Assembly (NCBI GenBank): GCA_040954595.2
Contig: CM082579.2
Span: forward strand, 10,777,625 to 10,841,624
Length of the DNA: 64,000 nucleotides
Source of the DNA: Balanoglossus misakiensis
Lineage: Eukaryota; Animalia; Hemichordata
Direction of reading: 5' to 3'
Under the pieces are notes generated by a model. The model was not told where the DNA came from. It saw only the letters and a list, made by a program, of their open reading frames with translations, and did not search any database. Made by a program: the position numbers and the translations under genes. Below, piece by piece: positions 35,145-48,349 of this stretch; position 1 is the first letter of the stretch, and every line of letters begins with the position of its first letter.

Positions 35145-35629
35145 AACAAAGCCGACGAATACGCTCTCGGTCTGGTGGGTTTTGCGTTACTCACCATTAG
35201 AGAACGACACAGTGTGCGGATGCCTGTAACACAGGCTGGTGAATTGGACGGGTGTGTGCCGTAACGGTTCCTCGGTGCTGCGTGTTACCGAGGGGTATGT
35301 ACAGACACGGGCGAAAGGCGTGCCTTGCATTCGCGTAACATACGGGACATGAGTTCTGCTTAGGCCGGACAGATGCGAAATTTTAACGTCATGGTCGATC
35401 AATACTTTCGGTATTGTTACGCAAATTGCCGTTCCAGATTTCCATTTCTGGCGGGAATTTTGAGGAGCCCCATAGGTCCGATTGCCTTCGGACATATTTT
35501 TGTGTCACGTGTTTGCGTACCTATATATTAGGCGTCCAATTAGATGGGAGAACGCCTGTCACAGGTTCATGTGCGACTGCTTATAAAAGGGGTGTTTCGT
35601 GGACAGTTTTGTCAGTACCACTACAGACC

Positions 35630-38330
35630 ATGAGTTTGACGGACCGAAAGAGTTTTTTTGAAGGCAACCCGAAAGATTCGGAACCCGGAATCCAGTGGAA
35701 CGGGCAGCGATCGCTATGATGTAGACTCCCCTGTTAGGAAGGGAAAGGCCAAGAAAAAGAAGGCAAAGAAACGCCTTTTGAGCGTCAGATTTGAGGAGAC
35801 AGAGAAGCCTGGCGGGAAACGTAAGCGCAAGTCCAGTCGACCCGTTGTCGACTCGGACGATGAGACAGAAGCTCCACCCCGGAGTGATGAGGTGACTGCG
35901 GAAGCGGGCGAACCAGCCAGTACCCCGACAGAAGCTCCACCCAGGAGTGACGAGGTGACTTCAGAGGCTGACTTACAATCCAGTAAGCAGCAGAAGTCTG
36001 GCGGGAAACGTAAGCGCAAGTCCGATCGACCCGTTGTCGACTCGGACGGTGAGACAGAAGCTCCACCCAGGAGTGATGAGGTGACTGCGAAGGCGGGCGA
36101 ACCAGCCAGTACCCCGACAGAAGCTCCACCCAGGAGTGATGAGGTGACTGCGAAGGCGGGCGAACCAGCCAGTACCCCGACAGAAGTTCCACGCGGGAGC
36201 GATCAGACGACCCCAGAGGCGGGCGAACCAGCCAGTTCCCCGCCAGTGACCCCATGTACGACAGATGATAGTCACGAGACCTCCCCAGAAGTGCCATCTG
36301 CTGCTCAGATGAGTCCTCATCAGGCAGTCGCCTCGACTTCCACTGGGAAGGTGGGATCATCCAAGAAAGCAGTAAAGAAAAAGGTGCGCTACAGTCCACC
36401 TGAGTTTGAGCCCGAAAAGATTTTGGACGCCAAAACAGGCTTGTTCCGATATAGACGGCCTGATGATGACCTTGAGGAGGATGAGGGAAACGTGACGGAC
36501 ATTGATGAGGATGCGGCAGAGGACGATAACTTTTACGAGCTGTCATTTCCTGGTACTCCATCTGAGGAGTCCGACTCCGAGAATGAAGCCGTAATAGAAG
36601 AGGCCATACGGCAGGCCTCCAAGGATGGGGACGAGTGGCGTCTTTCGCAGCATGAGGACACTGAGATATTTTCCGAACCCCTGTTCGAGAAAGAGCGTGG
36701 ACCCACGTTTACTATGGCAACACATGCACGGGAGTTGGAATACTTCCTGAAATTTATATCACCGGACATGATATCTCTGGCGGTGAAGGAAACGAACAAA
36801 TATGCGTCGTATCACCAGCATTACGTCGCAAAGAAAATCGACTCTGAGTGGCGAGCGACCAATTACAGAGAGATGCAAGCCTTCCTGGGCGTTGTCATCA
36901 TCATGGGCATTGACCGCAAGCCTGCTGTGGGCGACTATTGGTCCAGCGACATTTTCCTGCATAATGTTGGCATTTCGTCAGTCATGACCCGTCAACGCTA
37001 CCACAGGTTGATGCGGTATTTCCACTTGGCTGACCCCCAGAAGGATCCAAGACGAGACCCTGACCCGAACAGACAGTCACGCCGTTGTCAGGACGACCCA
37101 ATGTATAAAGTAAACCCATGGATGGAGCCCCTTGTAAACAGTTGCGTACACAGCTATCAGATGGGACAGGAAATCTCCATCGATGAAGGCATGGTGAAGT
37201 TCAAAGGACGTTCGAAATTCAAACAGAGGCTTCCCCACAAGCCAGACAGAGACGGCTTTAAGGTATGGCAGTTGGCGGACTCTGTCACATCCTATGTGGC
37301 AAACTTTGCTCCCTACCTGGGGGTGAAGTACCTTGACAGGAATGACGGGAAAAAACAGGAGAGGGGAGTGGTGAAAAGAATAACGATTGAACTTGTTCAG
37401 CCGTTCTGCGGGTACAACCACATCCTCTTCTGTGACAGCCTCTTCACAACTGTGTTAACTGCGAGAGAACTGATGGAGATGGGCATGTATATGGTTGGAA
37501 GCTTCAACCGACGTAACCGTCGGAGTATGCCGCCCATGCTTATTCCCCCCGGGAAAAAGAAGAAGCTTCCACTGGAGGTCGGTGAAATGAAGGCAGCCAC
37601 CCGAGTCGATTGCCGAATCAACCTGACAGCTTATCAGGATAGCAATGCACAGGTGTTGATCCTGAACAACGTTTATCCACCACTTGACACGGAGACAGTT
37701 GGCAGTGGTGAGGAAGAGAGAAATGTGCCCCTGAGTTTGTCGAAGTACCGCGTCTTCATGGGAGGCGTTGACCGCGCTAACCAGAAGCGAAAATACTACC
37801 ACTGTGGGCGAAAGAACAACCGCTGGTGGGTATACATGGCCTGGTACCTGATGGATGTAGCATTGACGAATGCTTACGTATGTTTCAAAGACCTTAACCC
37901 CCAGACCAAGGTGAAGCACAAGTTCTTCAACCTACGTGTTGGGAAGCAACTCATTGGCGGATTCACCAGTCGTGGTCAAGGCAACGTACGGGAAATAGAG
38001 CGCACAGTTACTGACAGCTCTTTCATTTTCCCTGGAAACATACCCCAACACGTCGAAAGTAGATTACCTGGACGGCAGAAAACCTGCAAGCTATGCAGTA
38101 GGGAAGGCAAGAGGACCCTTTCTGGACGGCGTTCGGAGACTGTCATGGGATGTGCGCTCTGCCAAGTGCATTTGCATCAAGGCGAATGCTTCGCCTCGTT
38201 CCACCACCATATGATGCTACGAGGAAAGAAGAGCATCGGGACACAGTTTCCAGAAGGAGATGTGCGAGTTCGGCAGCCGAGACGGGACAAACCGCTCCGG
38301 CGAAGTTCCAGAAACACGGACCATTCCTAA
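35630..38330 (+). pseudogene. piggyBac transposase copy 2 with +1 frameshift in a T run near the start (real or sequencing error)
   Basis: ATG at 35630. T7 at 35653-35659 versus T6 at 30122-30127 in copy 1. The remainder is open to 38330 with the DDD triad intact. Confidence 0.75.
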
Positions 38331-38382
38331 ATTATTCCCCTCCCGAGAGGGTGACACGGGCTTCCGGTGAACCAGCCCCATT

Positions 38383-38892
38383 TGTGCGGACTTTAGTCAT
38401 TTTTTTCTGTGGACCCCCACTAAATTATGCCCTTGAGTAGGGCTACGAGGTGACCGAGCCTCATTTACGGACAATGAAACACGGACTGTGAGAAACGGAC
38501 AGGTTACTTGCGGACACTGAAACACGGATTGTGAAATGGGCTCGTCTTGAACGAGCCCCGTTTGCGCGGACTTTAGTCATTTTTTTCTGTGGACCCCCAC
38601 TAAATTATGCCCTTGAGTAGGGCTACGAGGTGACCGAGCCTCATTTACGGACAATGAAACACGGACTGTGAGAAACGGACAGGTTACTTGCGAACACTGA
38701 AACACGGATTGTGAAATGGGCTTGTCTTGAACGAGCCCCGTTTGCGCGGACTTTAGTCATTTTTTTCTGTGGACCCCCACTAAATTATGCCCTTGAGTAG
38801 GGCTACGAGGTGACCGAGCCTCATTTACGGACAATGAAACACGGACTGTGAGAAACGGACAGGTTACTTGCGAACACTGAAACACGGATTGT
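38383..38892. repeat. 180-bp tandem repeat (~3 units) 3' of the transposase, copy 2
   Basis: Lines starting 38401, 38581 and 38761 are identical. Confidence 0.9.
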
Positions 38893-39862
38893 GTGATGTT
38901 ACTGTAACGGTGCACGAATCACTCTTTTTTCGGAAATAAAGTGCTATTTATGAGGCAACCTGTGGTGGTGTTAATCCCTCTAATATGACGCACAGTAACG
39001 GGGGTCTTGTGTAAATAGTCGTCCGGTTCGACACTCGCCCCCGGCCGAAATGGTGCAATGGAGCCTGCAGAACTTGCGGGTTACCTGTGACCGTGTCGGT
39101 ACAACCCTGTACCGTAAAAAACTATAGCGTATTAACACCGTAATGAACGTCTGTCTACCGTGCGTAACTAACCAACGTGTCGTTATCACAACGTCCGTGT
39201 GTGTCTTGTGTGCGAGAATGAGTCGTTGTCAGGCGGCTGTAGAGCGGAACACTGTGCGCCAGTGTCCAGTCGTTCGCATTACGTGTCGAACTAACTCGTA
39301 CCCTACGGGAAAGTGGCAGGGGAAGGGGTGCCCGAACACCCCTGGCGGTACACCCTGGGTACCCTACTAATAACTGATGGTGTCGTTGTTGTGACGTGAT
39401 GTGGCGTGTACTAACACACTAACTTTATTTTCGTAAAAGTAAGCCTCGAAACGACGTTTACAGACGCTCCCCTCCCAGGGGAACGAACCCGATGACCCCA
39501 CAACTTTTACCCGGTTAATTGTTGTTTGAGGTCCCGCCGACACGGGACGGTGCCAAACTTGAAGTCTAGCACGTTCAAAAGCAGCTAAAATGACCCTCCA
39601 AAAACCCGATTTTCAGGCAAAAAGCCTGGTAATCCAGCGGGTGTAGAATGCCGGATTCTACATACACCGAAAAGGAGGCGGTCTCGTAACGACTCGGCAG
39701 CCCAACGGGTTTTGACCCCCGGTAGCAAGAGGGTTAATGGTGAGGAATTTAAAAGATAGGGGGAAGATTAGAAAACAAATATGTAAAATTTGGCAGCTCT
39801 AGAGGCTTTAACGTTCTTATAAACCATCAAAACTCTGATAGCCGGATGTTGAAGACATTTAC

Positions 39863-42800
39863 CTTGCATAATGACAAAGATAACATTTCACTCTCCATGT
39901 TTTCAGACTGTAAATCAAATCTTCGTCTCCTGATATTGAAGGCTGACAATGTTCCATCGCCACTGTTGAGTAAATTAGAGACATTTTCAACTCCCGCATT
40001 TTGAAGTTTTCCATTGTCAAAATCTACCCAACAACCACACTGAATGTTTTTGTATATATTCTAAATGCACTATTAAAGGGACAATTAGTCTCTCTATCGC
40101 TGCCCCTTTCCCATTAATTATGTTTGATACAAGACACCGTTTATGTTATTCTACATGTGGATATATAGTTAATCAACGTTTAACCACACACAACTGCCTC
40201 CCAACTTGTAGACACAAGAGTGAAGAACTCACCAAAATGAATAATCGGTGTTAACCACTTATTCATTTTGGCGAGATTTTGACTCTCATATATCCTACAA
40301 ACAGGATGGAAATTGTGTGTAATTGAACGTTATTCACTATATATCCACATGTAGAATAGCATAAACAATGTCTTGTATCAAACATAATTAATGGAAAAAG
40401 GGCAGCGAGAGTGAGACTTTGTTCCTTTAAAACTTTTGAATGGCCAGCTGGGTACCAACACAATCTCCGTCTGCAGTTTCACCTCACTTTTTACAATGAC
40501 AGACAATTGCAATTCAAAATGGATTTCTTTTTCAACATCACCAAGCATATAAAGCTCCAACAGACGTAATCATCACAGAAAAATCTGATATTCAACAACC
40601 AATTGAGAGGTTTCGCTACACAACATTTGCAAAATGAAAACTAGTGGCAAATACAAGACATGATGACTACACCAATTAAAAACAAAATGTACCTAAGGTA
40701 TATGTACATGTACTTCAAATACTGGCGATATGGCCAAGCGCAGGTCAAATGAATGCTACCACAGAAATGGGTAATGTGTAAATAAAAGATGACTACACAC
40801 TGAGACTCTCATACTGACCATAAATGACATATAAATTGCCCATCACTATGTTTACAAATCACAGTGGATAGTGGGGGGGGGGGGGGTTACCTTGTTGCAA
40901 GCAGGATCTTTTTACCATTATCTATAACCATATCACTGATAAATTCTTCTGTCTCTTTCATTTCCATGATTGGTTTGTCTTTCCTCAAATCCCACAACTT
41001 GAAGTCAGAAGATGAAATATAAAAGGATATAAAAGGAACAGTTTAAAAGAAAAGAAAAGGTTGTACCTGAGGTAAAACTTGACTATTACATATTTCATGA
41101 TTTATGTGACTAATGTTTTGAAAGAAATTGCCAAAACTGTGATTGATGGTCACTTCGTTGCTGGGTGTTATCACAACTTCATGGCTGTAACCATGGAGAA
41201 GTGTTCAATCATGTTCCACATTTTCACAAAGCATGGAGACCACCTCAAATTTGATGTCTTTACGTTATTTTTATGAAGATTTGTGAGTTAAAGATCAGTA
41301 ACACGATGTTGACTTTTTATACAAAGTGCCTGTCATGGTGCTTGTTCCTTGTTGAAAAAAAAAATTTCTTTTACAGGTGATACAGTGGTACAGAGTTATC
41401 TTAGTTCTATGTTAGTCTCAATTTAAAATGCAAACAAATCATCATCTAAAGTTCACATTGTTTTCTCATTTCAAGTGATGCTGATGTGAATTCCATTACT
41501 GCACTTACTTTAAGGTGGCCATCATCATCTCCTGTTGCAATCATATTTTCATCAATGACAAGCAAAGAGTAGATTGGGCATTCGTGGGCTTTTTTAAACT
41601 TTTGTTTCACTTCTCCAGTGGTTACATCTACGACTTTGAAAGACTTGTCTTTTGATGCAGTGCACAGACCTTGAGGAATGACAAAACAAAAATGATTCAG
41701 TTCAGTTCAATGGTTCCTGTTGCTGTCTCTTTAAAGGCTATAGATCATCTCACACACACGCGCGTAACTTCCCAGCAAATTTTCCGTTCGATGCATTCAA
41801 ATAGTGGACTGCCTTCGCTTCCTTCCATATTTCATGCGCACTGTATAAGTAGATTCTGGTTTTGTACCTCCTTTTCACCCAAGCTGGTGTCTTTTCCCGA
41901 TCTCCGACACAGATTATGGTCGCCGCCATCTTCTCTGTTGTTAGGACAGAGCACTGCCTTATGGGATTGACTGTTCACTAAACAATGAATGTTCATGCAG
42001 ACATCCGGCATGATGACAGTCTTGTCGTTTGTCGTTTATAATACTTACTGTTCCCATCTTCTGTAAAGACAATAGCACGACAGGATTTTTTGTGATGTGA
42101 TAAAGTCAAAATGTTGCTGTTTTCCTCTAAAGAGTAGGAGTATCTGCAACAGTGAAAACAGAAACTGGGTTATTTGATTACCACTAGGTCAAAATGTCCA
42201 ATTTTTTCCTCAAGATGGATTTTTGGTGGTGATGGTGGTGGTGGTATGCATCTGGCACAGACACTTTAAGAAAGTTGACTTAAATTGTCATTAATAATAC
42301 GCCCACCCTCCAGTACTTGAGTACCTTCAGTAGTCAACTTTAATTAACTCTTAACGTAATATCTTAATGACCACTTGTTCAATAACGGTCCGGATCAGAC
42401 TCAGATAATACTTATAATACTTACAAGAGTACACTGCCATCAATTTGTCCACTTGCCAGGATTTCTTTTGTAGGATGAGCACTTAAACAGAGAACAACCT
42501 CTTCACAATCGATTGTCTTTGGAACAACAATTGTCTAAAAAAAAGAAGCAAAAAAGATGTGTGTTTTTTACTTGTAAAAAGCATTGTCCAGATTTTAATG
42601 AGGTCTAACAAACCTACAGGTAATGAGCAAAATAGTCTAGAATCTATCCGTTCGTAGTCGCATTCACCCTAGGTGAATGCGACTACGAACGGATAGATTC
42701 TAGACTATGAGCAAAATTGAGAGGCGGCAAACAACTTAATTAGTTAAGAATCTTTTGAAAGACAAAAAATGCCAAGCAACTTCATCATCACCACCACCAC

Positions 42801-43102
42801 CACCACCACCACCATCACCATCATCATCATCACCATCATCATCATCAGGGGGTGACGGGTGTACCCTCTTTCGAACTGAACTGAACCAGTATCAGAAGTC
42901 AATACGACATGTACAATGTCCATAAGCCCAGAAAAGGAAGGTGTAGAGTGGCATGAGATTCTATGAAAACAAACTCGCAAGTCTTAAGCGGTCCCGCATT
43001 TACGCTGACTATCATTCAATCAAATAATGGAAAGTGGAGGATGTCTATGGTAAAATTGAATAGTCAACATTGATCACGTTGTCTCACCTCGGAGGTTGCC
43101 AT
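39863..43102 (-). CDS. WDR55: WD repeat-containing protein 55; only the first 6 exons (196 aa) present
   Basis: Exons 43102-43088, 42534-42425 (..AHPTKEILASGQIDGSV), 42143-42049 (YSYS..HHKKSCRAIVFTEDG), 41669-41509 (LCTASKDKS..AHECPIYSLLVIDENMIATGDDDG), 40997-40891 (LWDLRK..EEFISDM), 39962-39863 (SGDGTLSAFNIRRRRFDLQSE..K|gt). The motifs track human WDR55. No further exons were found. Confidence 0.92.
40073..40430. mobile_element. MITE family A copy in a WDR55 intron
   Basis: TTAA TSD and family A TIRs. Confidence 0.85.
41731..41985. mobile_element. Truncated MITE family C copy
   Basis: Near-identical to the core of 577-888 (reverse orientation) and of 22841-23189. Confidence 0.75.
42633..42707. 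mobile_element. 75-bp perfect hairpin mini-element with 9-bp TSD (Academ-like)
   Basis: TAGTCTAGAATCTATCCGTTCGTAGTCGCATTCACC-cta-GGTGAATGCGACTACGAACGGATAGATTCTAGACTA, flanked by TGAGCAAAA on both sides. Confidence 0.8.
42782..42846. repeat. (CAT/CAC)n microsatellite
   Basis: Seen directly. Confidence 0.9.
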
Positions 43103-43719
43103 CTTGGAATAGTTTGTTGAGATTTCATGTCTCCACTGAATGTAGTCCTCACGATATCAGAATCAAAAGTGTGTGTACGGTGTACGTTTATGTCACGTTG
43201 CACTTCGACTGTAAGCAACGACATGTTTTGATATCATAATTGTATAATCATATCAACGAAGCCAATTTTACTGATAAATTAGCCATATAACGGAAAGTTT
43301 AACAGAGATAGATGTATTTGAAATTCAATCTGATTCTGATTCGAATGCTAATCGATGTTATGGTTGCAGGCATGCAGTTGAACATTATGCAAAACCCGGG
43401 CAAAATAAGTTTCATCGCAAGTGACATTTCACTTTTCTGAGCTTATTGCATTAGGTCACAATTTCATCCTTTTGTGGCCGCGCGTCTCGGGACCGCGCCT
43501 GCCTGACCGCGGGTCCCAGCTGCAGCAGCTGACCTGACCTGGCAACCCTGGATGACCCCACAAGTTCATCAACCTTTTTAAGGTGAGTGAAATACAAACA
43601 AACGAACCCACCTAATCCAGTTAGAGGTCGGCGTTCCACTTTACAGACGCTAGTAAAGGTATCCCGGGCCCCGGTTAGTGTGGAGTGACCGTGGTTGTAT
43701 TCCCGAATTTATTCACACT

Positions 43720-46675
43720 ATGGTTCCCAAACCAAAACAGCTGTCCGTACAACCCGAAGGCCTACTTCGGTGGCCTGCTTGGAAGATTGCCGCCTTGACA
43801 TCGGGGCTACCGCTTTTTTCGTTTGTTATATGCGTGGCGATTAGTTTTGCCTACAATTTTGACAAATCGGTTTCGACTCACTGCAATGTAAGTTGATGAA
43901 TCCTCTCTTCAGTTCAAATTCATTGACAAGACACACACTATGTTAATACTGTACATTGTGATTATACATTTATATGTGAGCAAGTTAAATAATACTCGGG
44001 TGCCACACCCGTTTATTAACCCGCCAATTTGCACAAGTACACAGCATCGTGCACATGGGTACTAGAATCCCCGCAAATTCAAAATGTGTCGCCTGTCGAC
44101 TTAAGCTGGGATAAGGAGCCATTGGGGCTTTTATAGTATTTTCATGATAATCAAGGAAGAGCACTGAACTCTTTTCAAAGATTAAAGTTGTATCATTATA
44201 CACATGATGACAGACAATGAGGGCAACAGTGTATTTTGATGACCGAGGGCGCTGCTAGTCACAACTAAAACAGTCTTGTTTTCCCGAGGGCAAACATGTC
44301 CATCATCATGTGTTTTATAACACACCAAACAAGACACACACCACATCCAGGCAACAATACTGGGCAGAAACCGATCGAAATGATGCCCTAGGGAACAGTT
44401 CGAAATGACTAAGGTCACGTGACGGCGGTTTGACGAATCACGATCGAGGGTTCACTGCATGGTGTGTTATAATTCTTTACATCTCCACTCACAACTACCT
44501 ATTACTGTTTCTACTTTACAGGTAGCAAACTATCTACCCACTGTAAGTGCAGCCATTTCCCTGACACCTCAGCGTTACATATGGAGATTCGGTATCGCTC
44601 TACACACAACTCCCAGGTTGATGTGGACAGCTATTTATTACGACAACTACAAGAAGACTGGATGTCCCAATCCGTTTCCATGGTTTCTATGGTTATGTCG
44701 ATTGGCTCTGCTTCTCCAAACGGTTGAAGTCTTATCTTTGCTTGGACTTACTGTGGTTGCATCGAGGGAGTACAAAGGTGAGTGGTCCAAAACATATCAC
44801 TGATGCCCTCCTGTAGAGTATTGCCCTAAATTGAAAGATTCATTTTCAAGCATGTCATGTTCATTAGTGAATATTGCCAAGCTGTACAGTGTATAAACAA
44901 TGCAAGGTGAAGACCATACATGTAGTAATCAGTGGTGCTCGTACCCATCGTATAGAGTGACAAAAGCACTAAGCTTGGCACTTTTCCCATTTAAAGTTGA
45001 TGAAGCCGTAGAATGCAAATTTTTGTCCTTTTTTGAAGTTTTACATGGCCCATAGGCACTATGGTTTTTCCTGTGTAACCAAAGCCAATGCTCACACCAA
45101 TGTAAAAATCAGCCTTGATTCATTTTTTCCTTTAAAAAAAAAACACCTGTGAAAACACCTGTGACATGTATGATATAAATACTGGATGAACAACTACATT
45201 TACAGCTGCCCATGAAAATTTCTTCATCACATTCATGGTGACATCGCTTGTTTATATGCTACTTGCATGTATACAACATTTCCTGTCAAAGAAAAAGTCA
45301 TGGAGTGACTTTCAGCTTCATGTAAGTAGTGCCAGTCTTTGCAACATTTGAATTCCATCTTTAGATATACCAGCTTTCTACTACATTTACTACAAGATCA
45401 GCAATTTGAATCAGTTGCAGAACACATTGTTCTGATGATTTGGTCCTTGATTTTCTATAGTAGTGTCAGGTTTTAAAATTTGTGCAAGAGTTACATATTT
45501 TTGGTGTATCCAATTTGCATAACTGTAGGGGAGTGTGAGGAACAACTAGAACTGCCCCCTTGCAAGGTGCATAATTAAGAAGAATTAAATTATAGATATT
45601 TCTACAAGAGGAAATATTGTACTTGAAGTGAATAATACTTGAGATAAGTCCAGTCCACATTTCTATCTCTTTGACAACATCCGTCTTTACGACTAAATGT
45701 TTGGGGGTTTTTTTTCTACAATTTCAGGAGCGGCAACAGCAGTTCAGACTTGTGGGCCTCTTTCTTGTCAACATTTCCTCTTTTTTCATCAGTCTTTATT
45801 TCTACTTCCGACATAATTGGTACTGTGAACCCGGCAGTAAGTATAACATTTCAAACGAAAAACAGATTAGTAGATAATGAAATACATGTACTGTAAAATA
45901 CTTTATTTTCACGAGTTAAAACTTTCGCGATATCGAGAGAGGCCACTGTTTCGTGAGTATTAATTTTCATGTTCTCTTACTTCATTCACTGCATCGTTAT
46001 CTTACACAAAAATTACGCGACTTTTTATTTTCACGCTATTTTGGCTCTCGCGTATTTCGCGAAAATTTATTGCTCGCAAAAATAAAGTGTTTTACAGTAT
46101 CACAACAGTATACACATAGTGACTGGCCATGAGCGTAACAGCACCTGTCTGACTGCACATTGTCATCTCACAAATATGGATGAAGTGTGTTATAATCTCC
46201 AATGTCACTGGGCAATTCATGCAGCAGAACATCAAAAGTTTGCCAAAATTTACTTTTCAAGTAATGCTTCCATACACTCACTGTCCTACAATCACAAAAT
46301 TAAGCCTTTTCTGGGGAAGTTTGAATTATGGTGATCTAGCTGCAAAAATTCTTATCTGTCACAAAAATTAAAGTTTATATAAAAGTCTCATTGGTTCCTT
46401 ATTCATGATGACTAGGGAAATACAAGCAGGCTGCAGGCAGATGGAACTTGTCATCCTGTCAATGCCAAGTTCACCTGAGTGCACTTTTTTTAAAATCATA
46501 GTCTCACTGAACTCTCTGGTCTATTTTTCCTTTTTTTTCAGTTTACAGCATCTATGCATTCTTTGAATATTTGGTGATTACATCCAATATTGGTTTTCAT
46601 GTAGCCGAAGCATATGAACTCTTCAAGAAAGAATTCATTGTTGGAGCCGTCAGGGTGGAACTCAAGACACAGTAA
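43720..46675 (+). CDS. PGAP2: Post-GPI attachment to proteins factor 2 (FRAG1/DRAM/Sfk1 family), 5 coding exons, 260 aa
   Basis: Exons 43720-43887, 44522-44777, 45206-45321, 45728-45836 and 46542-46675. Motifs THCNVANYLPTVSAAI, PQRYIWRFGIALH, HENFFITF, YFRHNWYCEPG, YSIYAFFEY, NIGFH. A possible upstream 5'UTR donor lies at ~43583. Confidence 0.93.
45889..46099. mobile_element. MITE family B copy in a PGAP2 intron
   Basis: TA TSD and family B TIRs. Confidence 0.85.
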
Positions 46676-46692
46676 CATTTGTGCTGACATAT

Positions 46693-47031
46693 TTAAATGG
46701 CGTCGATCGTCTTATGCGCATGTGCCAAACCAGAGACTCTGGTTTAAAATATTATATACTGTCAATGCCAAAACGCAGTGTGCTGTCCTAACCGACAAGA
46801 TGGTGGCGACCATAGTCTGTGTCAGAGATCAGGGAAAAGTCAGCAAATTGGATGTAAAGAAGAGACAAACCAAAAATCTACTTGTACAGTGCGCATGAAA
46901 TATGGAAAGAAGCAGAGACAGTCCACTACCTGAATGCGTCAAACACAAAATTTGCAGAACATTTGGATTGGATTTATTGTCTGTACTCACAAAATCATGC
47001 ACATGTGCATAAAACGATCATCGGCCTTTAA
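46693..47031. mobile_element. MITE family C-related copy in the PGAP2 3'UTR
   Basis: TTAA ends; reverse-orientation homologue of 5091-5436. Confidence 0.7.
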
Positions 47032-47959
47032 TGTGGACAGGGTTAAACTTTCATCTTTCCCACAGATCCCTATTTGAATGCACTGAACTGTCAAAGCTGG
47101 AACTTTTTCTATGTTTTCAGTGTTTTTGTTTTGTGTATCTTCTACAGATTTTTGTTCAAATCCCTAGATCGTAATTAAATATCCAGTATGTAGCTCATCT
47201 TTAAACACACTATGTGTGTGGGTGTCTAGCCAGCATTGTTATTGTGGAAAATTTGAATTCAAGTCCGGACTAGAATTAATTTGTCAACAATAACAATAGT
47301 CGTTACACATATAGAGGCTATGTTGACAAGTGGAGTTCTGCGTGTATTAGCATGCTGTTCATAGTAGAACAAGAAATTGCATTTGATACACAGAGCAAAA
47401 CTCCTGGAAATACAGCCAAAAGTTACAGCTAATGTCCCTTTAAAGAGACTGAACTGTTTTACCTTTGTTTTTAGTGCTACTTCGAAAATGTACACAGAGT
47501 ACCAACAAAAAAACATTCACGCATAATAACATGGCTTTATCAAGCACTTCAAACTGTAAAGTTACCAGATATTTTATGACTACATCTGCAGAATCAGAAC
47601 TGATCCATTGGTAATGGAGTCTGAACTTTTTCCTGATCTGGGATGGAAAGTATTCTGGCCCAATGTCAGTGTTTGTTTGTTTTGTTTGTTTGTTTTGTTC
47701 TGTAGATTAGTTGCAGTTTCTTGTTGGAATTCTTTAAACATGATGAAATGTACAGTGTTTTCTTGATCCAAATAATTAATGAAGTTTTAAATGGACAGTT
47801 TTCATAAATTCTATTAGGAGATTTTAAACTGCTTATTGTGTTTGTATGTTTTCTACATTTTATATACAGCCAGTTTTATTGGTAATGCGCTGAAAGTTAC
47901 AATGATTTGTATGTTACTGTTCAGATTTACAAGAATCATTTTGTTGATTATTTTTTTAT

Positions 47960-48349
47960 TTAAGGATGTACGCGCAGAACATAAACAGGCAAACTGCGCG
48001 CACTCGTCTTTTCCCCATAGGATTACATTGATAATCGCTAGAAAACAAACTTCTACTATTGTCATTTTCACAAAATTTTATACATAGCTCAGTCCAGCAA
48101 ATATAAATTCATTGGTCAAATAAAATATAGGGGTCACCGCGCTCTTTTTTAAGATAAATTGCATTAAAAAATTTGCCCATAGACAAACCATTGGTGAAAA
48201 ATGCTGAGTCAGCAGTTTTCTTCTATTATTGACTTAATTCATGGCTACGTATTTCAAAAACAAGCGTGGTGACCCCTATATTTTATCACGGATTTTCATT
48301 ATACATACACAGGATAATACTTTCAATTTTGACGAACGTACATCCTTAA
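47960..48349. mobile_element. TTAA-flanked MITE (Kolobok-like)
   Basis: ttaa-GGATGTACG ... CGTACATCC-ttaa. Confidence 0.7.

Larger units (their letters stand above)
34206..39733 (+). mobile_element. piggyBac transposon, copy 2 (5528 bp), head-to-tail with copy 1
   Basis: Shares TTAA 34202-34205 with copy 1 and ends AGGG-TTAA at 39734-39737. Near-identical to copy 1 but has two fewer 139-bp units. Confidence 0.95.
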
